The translations under genes and the position numbers were made by a program. Shown piece after piece: positions 9,026 through 18,732 of a stretch of 64,000 nucleotides of DNA; within the stretch, counting starts at the first letter, position 1; every line of letters begins with the position of its first letter. This DNA is from Candidatus Woesearchaeota archaeon. Lineage in GTDB: Archaea > Nanobdellota > Nanobdellia > Pacearchaeales > GW2011-AR1. A model generated the notes under the pieces. The model saw nothing but the letters and a program-made list of their open reading frames with translations, did no database searches and was not told where the DNA came from. The DNA is taken from positions 177,469-241,468 of the forward strand of contig CAZTFL010000001.1 in the NCBI GenBank assembly GCA_964612895.1, written 5' to 3'.

Positions 9026-10024
9026 GTTGTTGCTGCTGACGTTGGTGGTGATGATAAGGTTCTTAGTCTTTCTGGTTCTTCTGCTATTAAAACAGGTAGT
9101 AATACTGTAAATATTTTTTCTTCTGGAAAAGCACTTGGTCAACCATGTAAAACTGGATTTTTATCAATATTTTTAGGAGATGGATGTGCAAAGGGTTTAT
9201 TTTGTAATTCTAGTAATACTCCTGAATCTGATGCTATAAAACTTGGATTTAATGGAAAGTGTAATAAAAGAACAGGATTTAATCTTGAGGATTTTAATGT
9301 TGATGGAATTCTTATAAGAGATTTAGAAAATAGTTCTATAGATAGGATTTTAATTTTTATTTTAGTTTTAGTTGTAATGTTTGGAGTATTAAATGTCTCT
9401 GGAATTTTCAAAACTAAAAAAAATGGAAAAGAATCTAATGGAGTCTTGATAAATCTTTTAATATCAGTTGCGGTAGGATTATTAGGAATGAGAGGATTAC
9501 CTGATGATTTTATATCTTCAATAGTTACTCCAGCAAGTGCCTTAATTGCATTAATAGTTGGTGGAATTCCTTTTATTCTTGTTAATGCTATGGCAAAAAA
9601 CATGATTAATAAGGATAACGATAAGATAAGTGAAGTAAGAATTGTGTGGATAGTTTATGCACTTCTTATGTTTGGATTATCTTTTTATAACTATTATCAA
9701 GCAAGAAATGTTGCAACAGTTTTACCTTTAATTCTATTCGGAGCAATAGGTATTTTTATGTTATTAACAATTGGATGGAGAGTTAGTCGTGCTAAATTGT
9801 CTGAAATGAAGATGTCTAATAGAAAACGTGACAAATCTAATCTTACTAGAACAATAGAAGATTTAGAAAATGAACTTGAGAGAAAAGAACGTAGATTAAG
9901 AAAACTAGAATTAGATAATAATACAGGCACACCAACAAAAGAAGAAACTGATTTAAGTGCAGAAATTACAGTAATTACTAGTAAAATTACTAAGTTTAAA
10001 AATGCTTTATCAAAAATACCTTAA
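8909..10024 (+). CDS. Membrane protein paralog B (same architecture as paralog A, longer coiled-coil tail). An alternative start lies at 8957.
   Basis: Identical first 39 aa; Cys module GKALGQPCKTGF...GDGCAKGLFCN...FNGKCN; TM helices; C-terminal ELERKERRLRKLELD coiled coil. Confidence 0.6.
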   Translation: MGKHNFPLKNERRYNNMNKKQILVFSILSLFIFNFMLSFVVAADVGGDDKVLSLSGSSAIKTGSNTVNIFSSGKALGQPCKTGFLSIFLGDGCAKGLFCNSSNTPESDAIKLGFNGKCNKRTGFNLEDFNVDGILIRDLENSSIDRILIFILVLVVMFGVLNVSGIFKTKKNGKESNGVLINLLISVAVGLLGMRGLPDDFISSIVTPASALIALIVGGIPFILVNAMAKNMINKDNDKISEVRIVWIVYALLMFGLSFYNYYQARNVATVLPLILFGAIGIFMLLTIGWRVSRAKLSEMKMSNRKRDKSNLTRTIEDLENELERKERRLRKLELDNNTGTPTKEETDLSAEITVITSKITKFKNALSKIP

Positions 10025-10030
10025 TTTTTC

Positions 10031-10066
10031 AAACTCATTTATTTTTTTTGAGTTTTTTATTTTTTA
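10031..10066 (+). terminator. Hairpin AAACTCA-N-TGAGTTT plus T-tract (copy of the 8742 element)
   Basis: Same inverted repeat and oligo-T. Confidence 0.35.
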
Positions 10067-10146
10067 ATTTAAGCCGTAAGTATGATAAATATTGGATATT
10101 AGTAATTTCCCAAAATCTTTATATACTTTATTTGAATATCTTTATT

Positions 10147-11718
10147 ATGAAGGTGATTAAAGCTAGTAAGCATTCTTCAAAAAAGAAGATTATAAAATCT
10201 CCGTTAAAAAAACAAGAAATGATTTTTTTTATAATTAGTTCAGCACTTTTAATATCTGTTTTATATTTCTTTTTTTATCCTAAAAATACTGATGACTTGT
10301 CTATAACTCCAACTAATTTAACAAATATAAGACAAACAATAAATAGTTCTATAGATTCAATAGTATCAAATGATAGTGATGAAAAAGAATCGGATGATTT
10401 ATCACCTAAAGTAAATGGTGGGACTGGCTCTAAGGGGGGATACTCAAAACCAGTAGATCCAGTTATATTAAATGATTTTTTTAATGACACAGACATTATA
10501 GATTTAGGAGACGGAAGTTTATACACATTAAATTTATGGACAGGTGGAAATTGTTATAACGGTTCAAAAGACATATATTTTTCAGATTCTTGTAAAGGAG
10601 AAATGTTAACAGAATATTATATAGAAGAAGGCATTTGTATTTCAAGTGATATTAATTGTACTGCTTTGATGATGGAAGCGTATCCAGGGATAAAATCTTC
10701 TGATGTTGGATGTTCTGTTAATTCTTGTGGAGGAAAAATAGGAGGAATAAATTACGAAAAAAATTCTTATTGTTTTGATTATATTTCAAATGTTGTAAAA
10801 AAAGATGTCTGCCTTAATAATACATATTTGAAAGAATATAAATGGAATTCAAGTATTGGATGCGAATATAATCAAATAAATTGTTTAAATGAGGGATTTG
10901 ATGGATGTTTTAAAGGTGAGTGCGTAAATTACATATATGAGAGTTGTGATTCTGTATGTACCGAATTAGGTTATGATTTATACAATGAAGATTATACTAG
11001 TGTTTTAGAATGCGATAATTGGTTAGAAAACACCAAAATAGGTGGTGGAATAGATTATGGATATTATAAACCATTTAATGATAATAAAGGATGTTGTTGC
11101 GCGAACAAACCGTCAGAACAAAAATGTTTATATGAAGGATTTACAGGAGGAATTTTTAAAACAAGTTCTTTAGAATGTTCAAATTGGTTAACTGAAAATC
11201 ATTATGAAGATTTAGAGAGTGAATTTATTGAATTTGGAGGAAATGCACAAGCAGGTTCTTGTTGTTTTTTTGAATCATATAATGAAGATAATGAGAATTA
11301 TTTATTAAAGTCAAAGTGTTATAAAAATAGAACTCAAACATTTGAAGATTATTGTATTGATATTGATAGATTAATTGAAGTAATTTTATTAAAAACAATA
11401 TATAATGTTTCAGAAGGTTGTTTATATCAACAGATATCTTGTTCTGATAAGTATGGAGAAGATTCTTATTGTTCAAATGGGGCTTGTGTAGTTCCTGAAA
11501 TCGTTTTATCGACAGATAGTGATGGTGGAGAAGATTATTTTACAAAAGGAATATGTTTTGATGGGGAATCACACGAAGATTCATGTTATGGAAGGGCAAC
11601 TCCATATACTTCTTTAAAAGAATGGTATGTAAATAGAACAACAAATGAATGTTCATATAAAGTAATAGCCTGTAGTACAAAATTGTGTTCAGATGGAAGA
11701 TGTGTTTATAGAATTTGA
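10147..11718 (+). CDS. Large cysteine-rich (about 50 Cys) extracytoplasmic protein with an N-terminal signal anchor. The ORF track start at 10048 overlaps the terminator; the likely start is 10147.
   Basis: Basic N-terminus plus one TM (MIFFIISSALLISVLYFFF), then 470 aa with repeated C-x-C/CC spacing and no recognisable enzyme motif. Confidence 0.55.
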   Translation: MKVIKASKHSSKKKIIKSPLKKQEMIFFIISSALLISVLYFFFYPKNTDDLSITPTNLTNIRQTINSSIDSIVSNDSDEKESDDLSPKVNGGTGSKGGYSKPVDPVILNDFFNDTDIIDLGDGSLYTLNLWTGGNCYNGSKDIYFSDSCKGEMLTEYYIEEGICISSDINCTALMMEAYPGIKSSDVGCSVNSCGGKIGGINYEKNSYCFDYISNVVKKDVCLNNTYLKEYKWNSSIGCEYNQINCLNEGFDGCFKGECVNYIYESCDSVCTELGYDLYNEDYTSVLECDNWLENTKIGGGIDYGYYKPFNDNKGCCCANKPSEQKCLYEGFTGGIFKTSSLECSNWLTENHYEDLESEFIEFGGNAQAGSCCFFESYNEDNENYLLKSKCYKNRTQTFEDYCIDIDRLIEVILLKTIYNVSEGCLYQQISCSDKYGEDSYCSNGACVVPEIVLSTDSDGGEDYFTKGICFDGESHEDSCYGRATPYTSLKEWYVNRTTNECSYKVIACSTKLCSDGRCVYRI

Positions 11719-11760
11719 TTTTTAATATTTAAGTAATGATTTAGATGATTGGTTTTAGGT

Positions 11761-12606
11761 CTATTCTTTATTATTTTTCTTCCCTGTTAATCCTTCAACA
11801 TAAGCGTCTAATTCTTTTTTTCGTAATTCTATATTATCGAAATTTTCATTTAGTATTTTCTCTGCTTCTTTATTCTTTCCACCTAAACTTATTGATTTCT
11901 TTTTTGCGAAAAGTTTTATAACAAAGGTTGATACAGCAGGAAAAATCATCATTAAAACAATTAATATAACAAAAGTTATAGTAAAAGCGATTATTGTATT
12001 TTTTATTAAACCATTAACAAAACTAAAAAAATAAATTCCAAATCTAGCAAAATAATATGGGATATTTGATAAAAAGAATATAATAAATATAGTAAAACCA
12101 ATAAGGTAACTTGATGCTTTATTGTAGAAATCAATATATGTTGGAAATCTTAAAAATAAATAAACTAAACCCCATAATATACCTATAAAATTAAGCATAA
12201 ATAAAAAACTAATTTGTGGAGTCATTCTAAACAAGAATCTAAGCCATCCAACATTTTCATTTAACCATAAATTAATAGAATCAATCCTTTTTTGTGCTTC
12301 ACTTTTTCCAAAGTTTATGGCATTTGGATTTATTTTACCTGTATCAGAATTTATAAAGTTTGAAAATCCATCATTTATTTTATCAATAACTGGCAATTCA
12401 CCCAAAGGATTATCAGAAATTACATCAGAAGCAATTACAAAAGATGATAAATTTACAAATAAGAAAATAAAAAATAAAGAAATAAAAATTCTATAAAAAA
12501 ATTTTGACATTTGTTTTATATTGTCTGACATATATAAATTAATATCAGACTTTAAATCATTAATATATAATACTTGATTTTCGTCGTCCGTATCGTCTCT
12601 TTTCAT
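11761..12606 (-). CDS. Polytopic membrane protein
   Basis: Signal/TM N-terminus plus at least 5 hydrophobic helices, K/E-rich C-terminus. Confidence 0.45.
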   Translation of the reverse strand: MKRDDTDDENQVLYINDLKSDINLYMSDNIKQMSKFFYRIFISLFFIFLFVNLSSFVIASDVISDNPLGELPVIDKINDGFSNFINSDTGKINPNAINFGKSEAQKRIDSINLWLNENVGWLRFLFRMTPQISFLFMLNFIGILWGLVYLFLRFPTYIDFYNKASSYLIGFTIFIIFFLSNIPYYFARFGIYFFSFVNGLIKNTIIAFTITFVILIVLMMIFPAVSTFVIKLFAKKKSISLGGKNKEAEKILNENFDNIELRKKELDAYVEGLTGKKNNKE

Positions 12607-12680
12607 TTGAAGGAAAGTCTAATGAAGTTTATAAAATTTCCTACCAAAACAATTATAAACATTTTATTATTCAACTAAAT

Positions 12681-13373
12681 ATGAGGAGATTCTTGTTGTT
12701 TTTATTTATTAATTTGCTATTATTTTCTTTTGTTTTTTCAGCAGAAACTGAAAACATAAATGTTCAGACAAATCAAGAAATATCAAATTTAAGTGATGTT
12801 TTAAACTCTGAAAATTATGAAATATTAAAAAGTGGATTGAAAAATGAATTTGATTATATTAAGGGTGAATCAGTAAAAACTCCAATTCCAGATTCTCTTT
12901 ATTCTCTGTCAAAATCTTTAGGTATTGTTGAAGGTGATGAACAAATTGCTCTTGAAAACCTCTTAATATATCTTTCAATATGTTTCTTGATATTTCTGAT
13001 TATAACTTCATTTTCTATGGAAATACCAATAGGAAATACTTTTTCAAAAATAGTTTCTGGAATAGCAATTTCTCTTTTAGGAATTAGAGGTGGTGGGGCT
13101 TTATTAGCATATAATTATGTCTATAAAAATTTAGAATCTACAGCATCTGCTTTTACAAGTAAAAAATTTGTATATATTCTTTTAGGATCTATAACATTAT
13201 TAATAATATCTAAAATAATTTCTCATTTTTTAAAAAAAGCAAAAGAAGAAACCAAATTAGATGAAATGAAAATAGAAGGCGAAAAAATAAAAAAGGCAAA
13301 AGAAAGTATTGAATTTGATAAAAAATTATCTGAAATTAAAACAGGACAAATAGATTTAAGAAAAATAAAGTAA
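12681..13373 (+). CDS. Membrane protein with a secreted N-terminal domain and a C-terminal coiled coil
   Basis: Signal peptide, 3-4 TM helices, KAKEETKLDEMKIEGEKIKKAKE tail. Confidence 0.45.
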   Translation: MRRFLLFLFINLLLFSFVFSAETENINVQTNQEISNLSDVLNSENYEILKSGLKNEFDYIKGESVKTPIPDSLYSLSKSLGIVEGDEQIALENLLIYLSICFLIFLIITSFSMEIPIGNTFSKIVSGIAISLLGIRGGGALLAYNYVYKNLESTASAFTSKKFVYILLGSITLLIISKIISHFLKKAKEETKLDEMKIEGEKIKKAKESIEFDKKLSEIKTGQIDLRKIK

Positions 13374-13431
13374 AATTTTTAGTATTTATTAGAATAGTCA
13401 TATTTAAAAAAAATAAAAATTAATTATATAT

Positions 13432-14607
13432 ATGGTAACATATTCGCATTCAAGATTGTCTACTTATGAAAATTGTCCGTATAAATATAAACTTCAATAT
13501 ATAGATAAAATAAAACCAGAAATTCAAAATACAATTGAAGCATTTATGGGAGATTTAGTTCATAGAACTTTAGAAAAATTGTATAAAGATAAAAAATTTA
13601 ATAAAAAAGTTTCTAAATCTATTTTAATTTCCTATTATAAAGAATTATGGATTAAGGAATTCTCTAAGGATATACTAATTGCAAAAGCATCTCAAGGATT
13701 AAGTTCTGAAAATTATAAAAAAATGGGTATCAAATTTATATCTGATTATTATGATAGAATGAAACCATTTAATCAATTAACTATATTAGATTTAGAAACA
13801 CAAGATAGAATGACATTATCGGACGGAAATCAATGGCATGTGAGAATAGATAAATTTGCTTGTGATTCAGAGGGAAACTATTTCGTTTGTGATTATAAAA
13901 CAAATTCTAAAATGAAAGAGCAAGAAGAAGCTGATTCAGATAGACAATTAGCAATGTATTCAATATGGGTTAAAGATAAATTCAAAGATTGTAAATCAGT
14001 AAAATTAGTTTGGCATATGTTAGCATTCAACAAAGATGTAATTTCAGAAAGAAATGAAGAGCAACTCCAAAAACTACAAGAAGATATTATAAACAAGATT
14101 AAAGAAATAGAAGAAAATAAAAAATTTAATACAAATGTGACGGCACTTTGTGATTATTGTGGATATAAATCAATTTGTCCGAGTTTTAAACACGAAATAG
14201 AATTAGAAAATAAAACTACAATTGAAGATTTTAAAGAAGACGATGGATTAAAGTTTGTTGACGAATTATCAGAAATTAAAAGAAAATTAAAAGAATTAGA
14301 AGATAAACAAAATGAACTAAAAGAGAAAATTGTATCATTTTCAAAACAAAAGGATATAGATGTTATTTATGGTTCAAACATGAAATGTTCTGTTAAAGAA
14401 TTTGAAAAAATTGTTCTTCCGGAAGATAAAACTCAATTAATAAATATATTAAAAGAAAAAAAAATATGGGATGAATTATCTATGATTAATTTTATGGGAT
14501 TACAATCAAAAATATTAAAAGGACAATTAAATGAATTAAAAAACAATGTACAAATTGAAAAAGATTATAGAATAACTCTTAGTAAACGGAAAGATGAAGA
14601 TGAATAA
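13432..14607 (+). CDS. Cas4-like PD-(D/E)XK nuclease with a 4-Cys Fe-S cluster and a C-terminal coiled-coil extension
   Basis: N-terminal Cys (YENCPYKY), VCDYKTN (DYK nuclease motif), QLAMY (QxxxY), C-terminal CDYCGYKSICP; about 140-aa K/E-rich extension. Confidence 0.6.
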   Translation: MVTYSHSRLSTYENCPYKYKLQYIDKIKPEIQNTIEAFMGDLVHRTLEKLYKDKKFNKKVSKSILISYYKELWIKEFSKDILIAKASQGLSSENYKKMGIKFISDYYDRMKPFNQLTILDLETQDRMTLSDGNQWHVRIDKFACDSEGNYFVCDYKTNSKMKEQEEADSDRQLAMYSIWVKDKFKDCKSVKLVWHMLAFNKDVISERNEEQLQKLQEDIINKIKEIEENKKFNTNVTALCDYCGYKSICPSFKHEIELENKTTIEDFKEDDGLKFVDELSEIKRKLKELEDKQNELKEKIVSFSKQKDIDVIYGSNMKCSVKEFEKIVLPEDKTQLINILKEKKIWDELSMINFMGLQSKILKGQLNELKNNVQIEKDYRITLSKRKDEDE

Positions 14608-15520
14608 AAAAATAGGGAATATTAATATAAAAAATCAGTTTATTCTTGCCCCAATGGCTGCTGTAAATTGTACTTCATTTAGAATGTTATGTAAGGAACA
14701 TGGAGCTGGATTAATTTATACACAAATGTTAGATAGTGATATTTTTTCAAAAAAAACAAGTGAAGAGGTAAAAAATATACTAAATATACAAGATATTGAG
14801 AGGCCTATTTCTATTCAAATAATCGGATCAAATATTGATAATATAATAAAAACAGCGAAGTTAATAGAACCTTATTCAGATATTATTGATTTTAATATTG
14901 GGTGTGCATTAGACGAATATCTATCAAAGGGATGTGGCGGAGCATTATTAAATGATTTAATTAAATTAGAAAATATCGTAAGAACATTAGTTAAATCTGT
15001 AAATAAACCTGTGACTTGTAAAATAAGAATTGGATTTGACGCTCAGAATATTAATGCAGTAAAAGTTTGTCAAATGCTTGAGTCTTGTGGAGTAAGCGCT
15101 ATTGCTATTCATGGTAGAACTGTACAACAAAAATATGCAAAAAAAGTAAATTGGACAATTATGAAACAAATAAAAGAGAAAGTTAAAATTCCAATAATTG
15201 CTAATGGGGATGTATTAAGTTATGAAAATGCAGAAGAATTATTAAAAAAGACGGGATGTGATTTTGTGATGATAGGAAGAGAAGCACAACATTCTCCATG
15301 GATTTTCAATAAGGAATTTATAATAAATAATGAGAATGTAAAAAAAGAAATATTAAGATTCATAGAATTATATCAAAAATATGAAAAGAGAGAATCTATT
15401 CAAGAAATTTCTCAACATGTTTTTTGGATGTTTAGAAATATAAAAACTTCTTTAAGACCACAATGGATATACGAGTGTAAAACTATAAAAGAAATAAAAG
15501 AATATTTAGATAGAATTTAA
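14594..15520 (+). CDS. dus: tRNA-dihydrouridine synthase
   Basis: FILAPMAAVNCTSFRMLCKEHGAGLIYTQM, TIM-barrel Dus family signature. Confidence 0.75.
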   Translation: MKMNKKIGNINIKNQFILAPMAAVNCTSFRMLCKEHGAGLIYTQMLDSDIFSKKTSEEVKNILNIQDIERPISIQIIGSNIDNIIKTAKLIEPYSDIIDFNIGCALDEYLSKGCGGALLNDLIKLENIVRTLVKSVNKPVTCKIRIGFDAQNINAVKVCQMLESCGVSAIAIHGRTVQQKYAKKVNWTIMKQIKEKVKIPIIANGDVLSYENAEELLKKTGCDFVMIGREAQHSPWIFNKEFIINNENVKKEILRFIELYQKYEKRESIQEISQHVFWMFRNIKTSLRPQWIYECKTIKEIKEYLDRI

Positions 15521-18162
15521 TCATCAAAATTCAATATATTTTTTTTGTTATTTATATTCTTTAATATATCAAATATTAGTATAAGTAATAATCCTAATCC
15601 TAAACTTACAATCCAGTCAGTTAAAGGTAAAGCATGTGTATCAAATGCTATATTCAAAGGGGTGTATATAATTAATATTGTAGCAATTATTGATATTAAA
15701 GAAGCGCCGGCTAGATATGGATTTATAATTGGAGAACGATTTAGTGTGGTTTTTCTAAAACTTCTAAAATTAAAAGCTCCAGCAATTTCAAGTAAAATTA
15801 AAGCAACTAATGCAGTTGTTCTAGCGTCAGAAATAGTTTGTCCTAATATGTTAAAAGTTATATAAAAAGATAACAATGTAAATGTGGCCATTATAGTTCC
15901 TGATATTATTAATAAAGTAAATAATTTTTTATTCAATATAGAAGCATTTCTCCTAGGTTTTTCATTCATTATATCATTTGATGAACGATTTAGTCCTAAA
16001 GTAATAGCTGGTAAATTATCAGTAACTATATTCATAAAAAGTATTTGTAATGCTAATAACAAAGGAACGGGCCATCCAAATACTGGAACTAATAAGACTC
16101 CAACAAATAATATCATCAATTCTGCATAATTACAAGATAGTTGATAAGTTACAAATTTTCTAATATTATTAAAAATAATTCTTCCCTCTTTTATCGCATC
16201 AACTAATGTAACAAAATTATCATCTTTTAGGGTTAAATCGGCAACAGAACGAGAGACATCGGTTCCATTTTTTCCCATAGCAACACCAATATGTGCTTCT
16301 TTTAGTGCAGGAGCATCATTAACACCATCCCCAGTCATTGTTACAATTTCTCCATGCTCTTTAAGTGCTTTTACTATTCTTAATTTATGTTCTGGTTTTA
16401 CTCTTGCAAAAATAACAGTTTTTGAAACAATTTTAAATAATTCTTTATCATTCATTTTATCTATTTCAAATCCTTCCAAAACCTTTCCATTCCCTAAGTT
16501 TATTTGTTTTGCAATGGCAATAGCAGTTTCTTTGTCATCTCCGGTAATCATTTTAATTTTAATTCCTGCTTTTTTACAAATTTCTAAAGCTTCTTTAACT
16601 CCATCTCTTGCTGGATCTTCAATTCCTACAAATCCTAAAAAAATTAAATCACTTTCCGATTCTTTAACAATATCATTTGATGAATTATTTTTATATGCAA
16701 AGGCAATTGTTCTTAAACATTCTTTTGTCATTTTAGCCTTTTCTTCTAAAATATATTTTTTGTCTCTTTCTAATAATCTAAAAATTCCATTTTCTTTTTG
16801 TATATATTTACAATTTTTTAATATATATTCGAGTGCTCCTTTAGAATACAATGTTTTTCCACCATTTTCTTTATATAAAATATGCATACACTTTCTTTCT
16901 GAAGAAAAAGGAATTTCATCAAATCTATTATTAAAATCTTCTGAATAAATATTAGCTTTTGATGCTAATACCAATAAAGATGCCTCTGTCGGGCTTCCTG
17001 TTATTTCAAAAATTTTATCTTCTCCACTCCTTCTTATTTTAGCATCGTTACATAATACACATGTTTTTAATAATAAATTTAGAATCTTATACTTAATATG
17101 ATCTATTTTTTTATTCCCAAATAGAAATTCACCATTTCCGTCATAGCCAACTCCACTTATATTAATAATATTATTGTCTACAAAAACTTTTTTTACAGTC
17201 ATTTCACCTTTGGTAATTGTGCCTGTTTTATCAGAACAAATAATTGTTGTTTCTCCAAGTGTTTCTATTATAGACATTCTGTTTACTATTACATTTTTTT
17301 GTGCCATTTTATATACGCCAATAGAAAGTGTTGTTATAAGTACAACAGGAAATCCCTCAGGAAAAGCAGAAACTGCAATTGCAATTACGAGAATTAAAAC
17401 TTCAATAATGGATTCTCTTGATATAGTTGATTGAAATAATGTAACAAATCCAGTGAGAAGAGCCATTACTATACCAATTATAGCCATATATTTTGAAATA
17501 TGATTTATCTTTTTTTGTAAGGGTAAATCTTTTTCTGCCTTTGAAATTAATCCAGCAATTTTCCCGAATTTAGAATTCATTCCAGTATGTGTAACGATTG
17601 CTTTACATTTACCATCTACGATAAAAGAGCCTGTAAAAATTAAATTTTGTTTGTTAGTAGTATTTAAATCACTCGTTGATACTTTTTTTATTTCATCAGA
17701 TTCTCCAGTAAGTATTGCTTCGTTTACTAATAAATTTTTCTCAGACAAGACAACACAATCTGCTGGAATTTTTTCACCTGTTCTTAAAACAATAATATCC
17801 CCGGGGACAATTTCTCTTGTTGAAATTTCTTTTTCTTCACCATTTCTAATAACGATAGAAATTGGCATAACCATTTCTTTTAATTTTTCTATAGATTTTT
17901 CGGCTTTAAATTCTTGAATAAATCCAGTAAAAATTACCATAGATATAACTCCCAATATTACATATGCTGTAACACTTTTCCCAACCAAAAAAGATAAAGT
18001 CATTGAGAAGAGTAATAAATATATTATAAAATTATTTTTTACTTGTCTAAATAAAATTTTTATTGGAGGAACTTTATTTGTATCTTTAATCTCATTAAAA
18101 CCATAACTTTCTAATCTCTCTTTAGCTTCTTTATCAGTTAAACCATTTATGTTAATTTTCAT
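15517..18162 (-). CDS. Cation-transporting P-type ATPase (P2-type, Ca2+-like)
   Basis: TGES, CSDKTGTIT phosphorylation site, MITGDDKETA, TGDGVNDAPALK; 881 aa with about 10 TM. Confidence 0.85.
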   Translation of the reverse strand: MKININGLTDKEAKERLESYGFNEIKDTNKVPPIKILFRQVKNNFIIYLLLFSMTLSFLVGKSVTAYVILGVISMVIFTGFIQEFKAEKSIEKLKEMVMPISIVIRNGEEKEISTREIVPGDIIVLRTGEKIPADCVVLSEKNLLVNEAILTGESDEIKKVSTSDLNTTNKQNLIFTGSFIVDGKCKAIVTHTGMNSKFGKIAGLISKAEKDLPLQKKINHISKYMAIIGIVMALLTGFVTLFQSTISRESIIEVLILVIAIAVSAFPEGFPVVLITTLSIGVYKMAQKNVIVNRMSIIETLGETTIICSDKTGTITKGEMTVKKVFVDNNIINISGVGYDGNGEFLFGNKKIDHIKYKILNLLLKTCVLCNDAKIRRSGEDKIFEITGSPTEASLLVLASKANIYSEDFNNRFDEIPFSSERKCMHILYKENGGKTLYSKGALEYILKNCKYIQKENGIFRLLERDKKYILEEKAKMTKECLRTIAFAYKNNSSNDIVKESESDLIFLGFVGIEDPARDGVKEALEICKKAGIKIKMITGDDKETAIAIAKQINLGNGKVLEGFEIDKMNDKELFKIVSKTVIFARVKPEHKLRIVKALKEHGEIVTMTGDGVNDAPALKEAHIGVAMGKNGTDVSRSVADLTLKDDNFVTLVDAIKEGRIIFNNIRKFVTYQLSCNYAELMILFVGVLLVPVFGWPVPLLLALQILFMNIVTDNLPAITLGLNRSSNDIMNEKPRRNASILNKKLFTLLIISGTIMATFTLLSFYITFNILGQTISDARTTALVALILLEIAGAFNFRSFRKTTLNRSPIINPYLAGASLISIIATILIIYTPLNIAFDTHALPLTDWIVSLGLGLLLILIFDILKNINNKKNILNFDD

Positions 18163-18279
18163 TTTCTACATTGGGATGTAATATTTTAGTTTTATCGCTA
18201 AAAAAATATACTAATGTGTACAAATATATTATTTTCATCCTCTATTTTTATATCATTTAGGATTCTTTTATTTATAAGT

Positions 18280-18672
18280 TTATTGAGAATTTTGAAATTT
18301 TCTATAGAAATTATTTGATAATTCACTAAGTTCTAATTGTTGAAGATTTGTTAAATTATCAAACTTTTCATAACAGAAATTTTCTCCTCGTTCTGTTGTA
18401 CACATTCTACATAAATCATCACGATATTCTATATAATCTAAATAAACTAAATTAGAAATACTTTCCTGAATTTCTTCTGAATAAGGAGATATAGGAGAAC
18501 CATAAAATTTGACTCCTTTTAAGATACTCATATTATTATTTTTCTTTTGTTCATAAAAAAATTGATGTAAAGAGTGATCATTATTAAATTCAATTTTTTT
18601 ACTTTCTTGAGAAGGAATAAAAGTAAATAATAAAATTTCTTCCATATTTAAAGAATTATTTGGAATATCCAT
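18280..18672 (-). CDS. Hypothetical protein
   Basis: ORF with coding-like composition; no motif recognised. Confidence 0.3.
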   Translation of the reverse strand: MDIPNNSLNMEEILLFTFIPSQESKKIEFNNDHSLHQFFYEQKKNNNMSILKGVKFYGSPISPYSEEIQESISNLVYLDYIEYRDDLCRMCTTERGENFCYEKFDNLTNLQQLELSELSNNFYRKFQNSQ

Positions 18673-18732
18673 TATTTACATAAAATTTATTTATTTATAA
18701 AGATTATGTTTGTATAAATTTGAAAATGACGA

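Noticed and set aside
9139-9930. Minus-strand ORFs 9139-9603 and 9697-9930 inside paralog B
   Set aside because: Antisense shadows. The sense frame has a conserved paralogous protein.
10048-10146. N-terminal 33-aa extension of the Cys-rich ORF
   Set aside because: It would start inside the terminator hairpin of the upstream gene. The downstream ATG at 10147 gives a sensible basic-plus-TM N-terminus.
15545-17917. Five plus-strand ORFs inside the P-type ATPase gene
   Set aside because: All are antisense to a gene with unambiguous P-type ATPase motifs.
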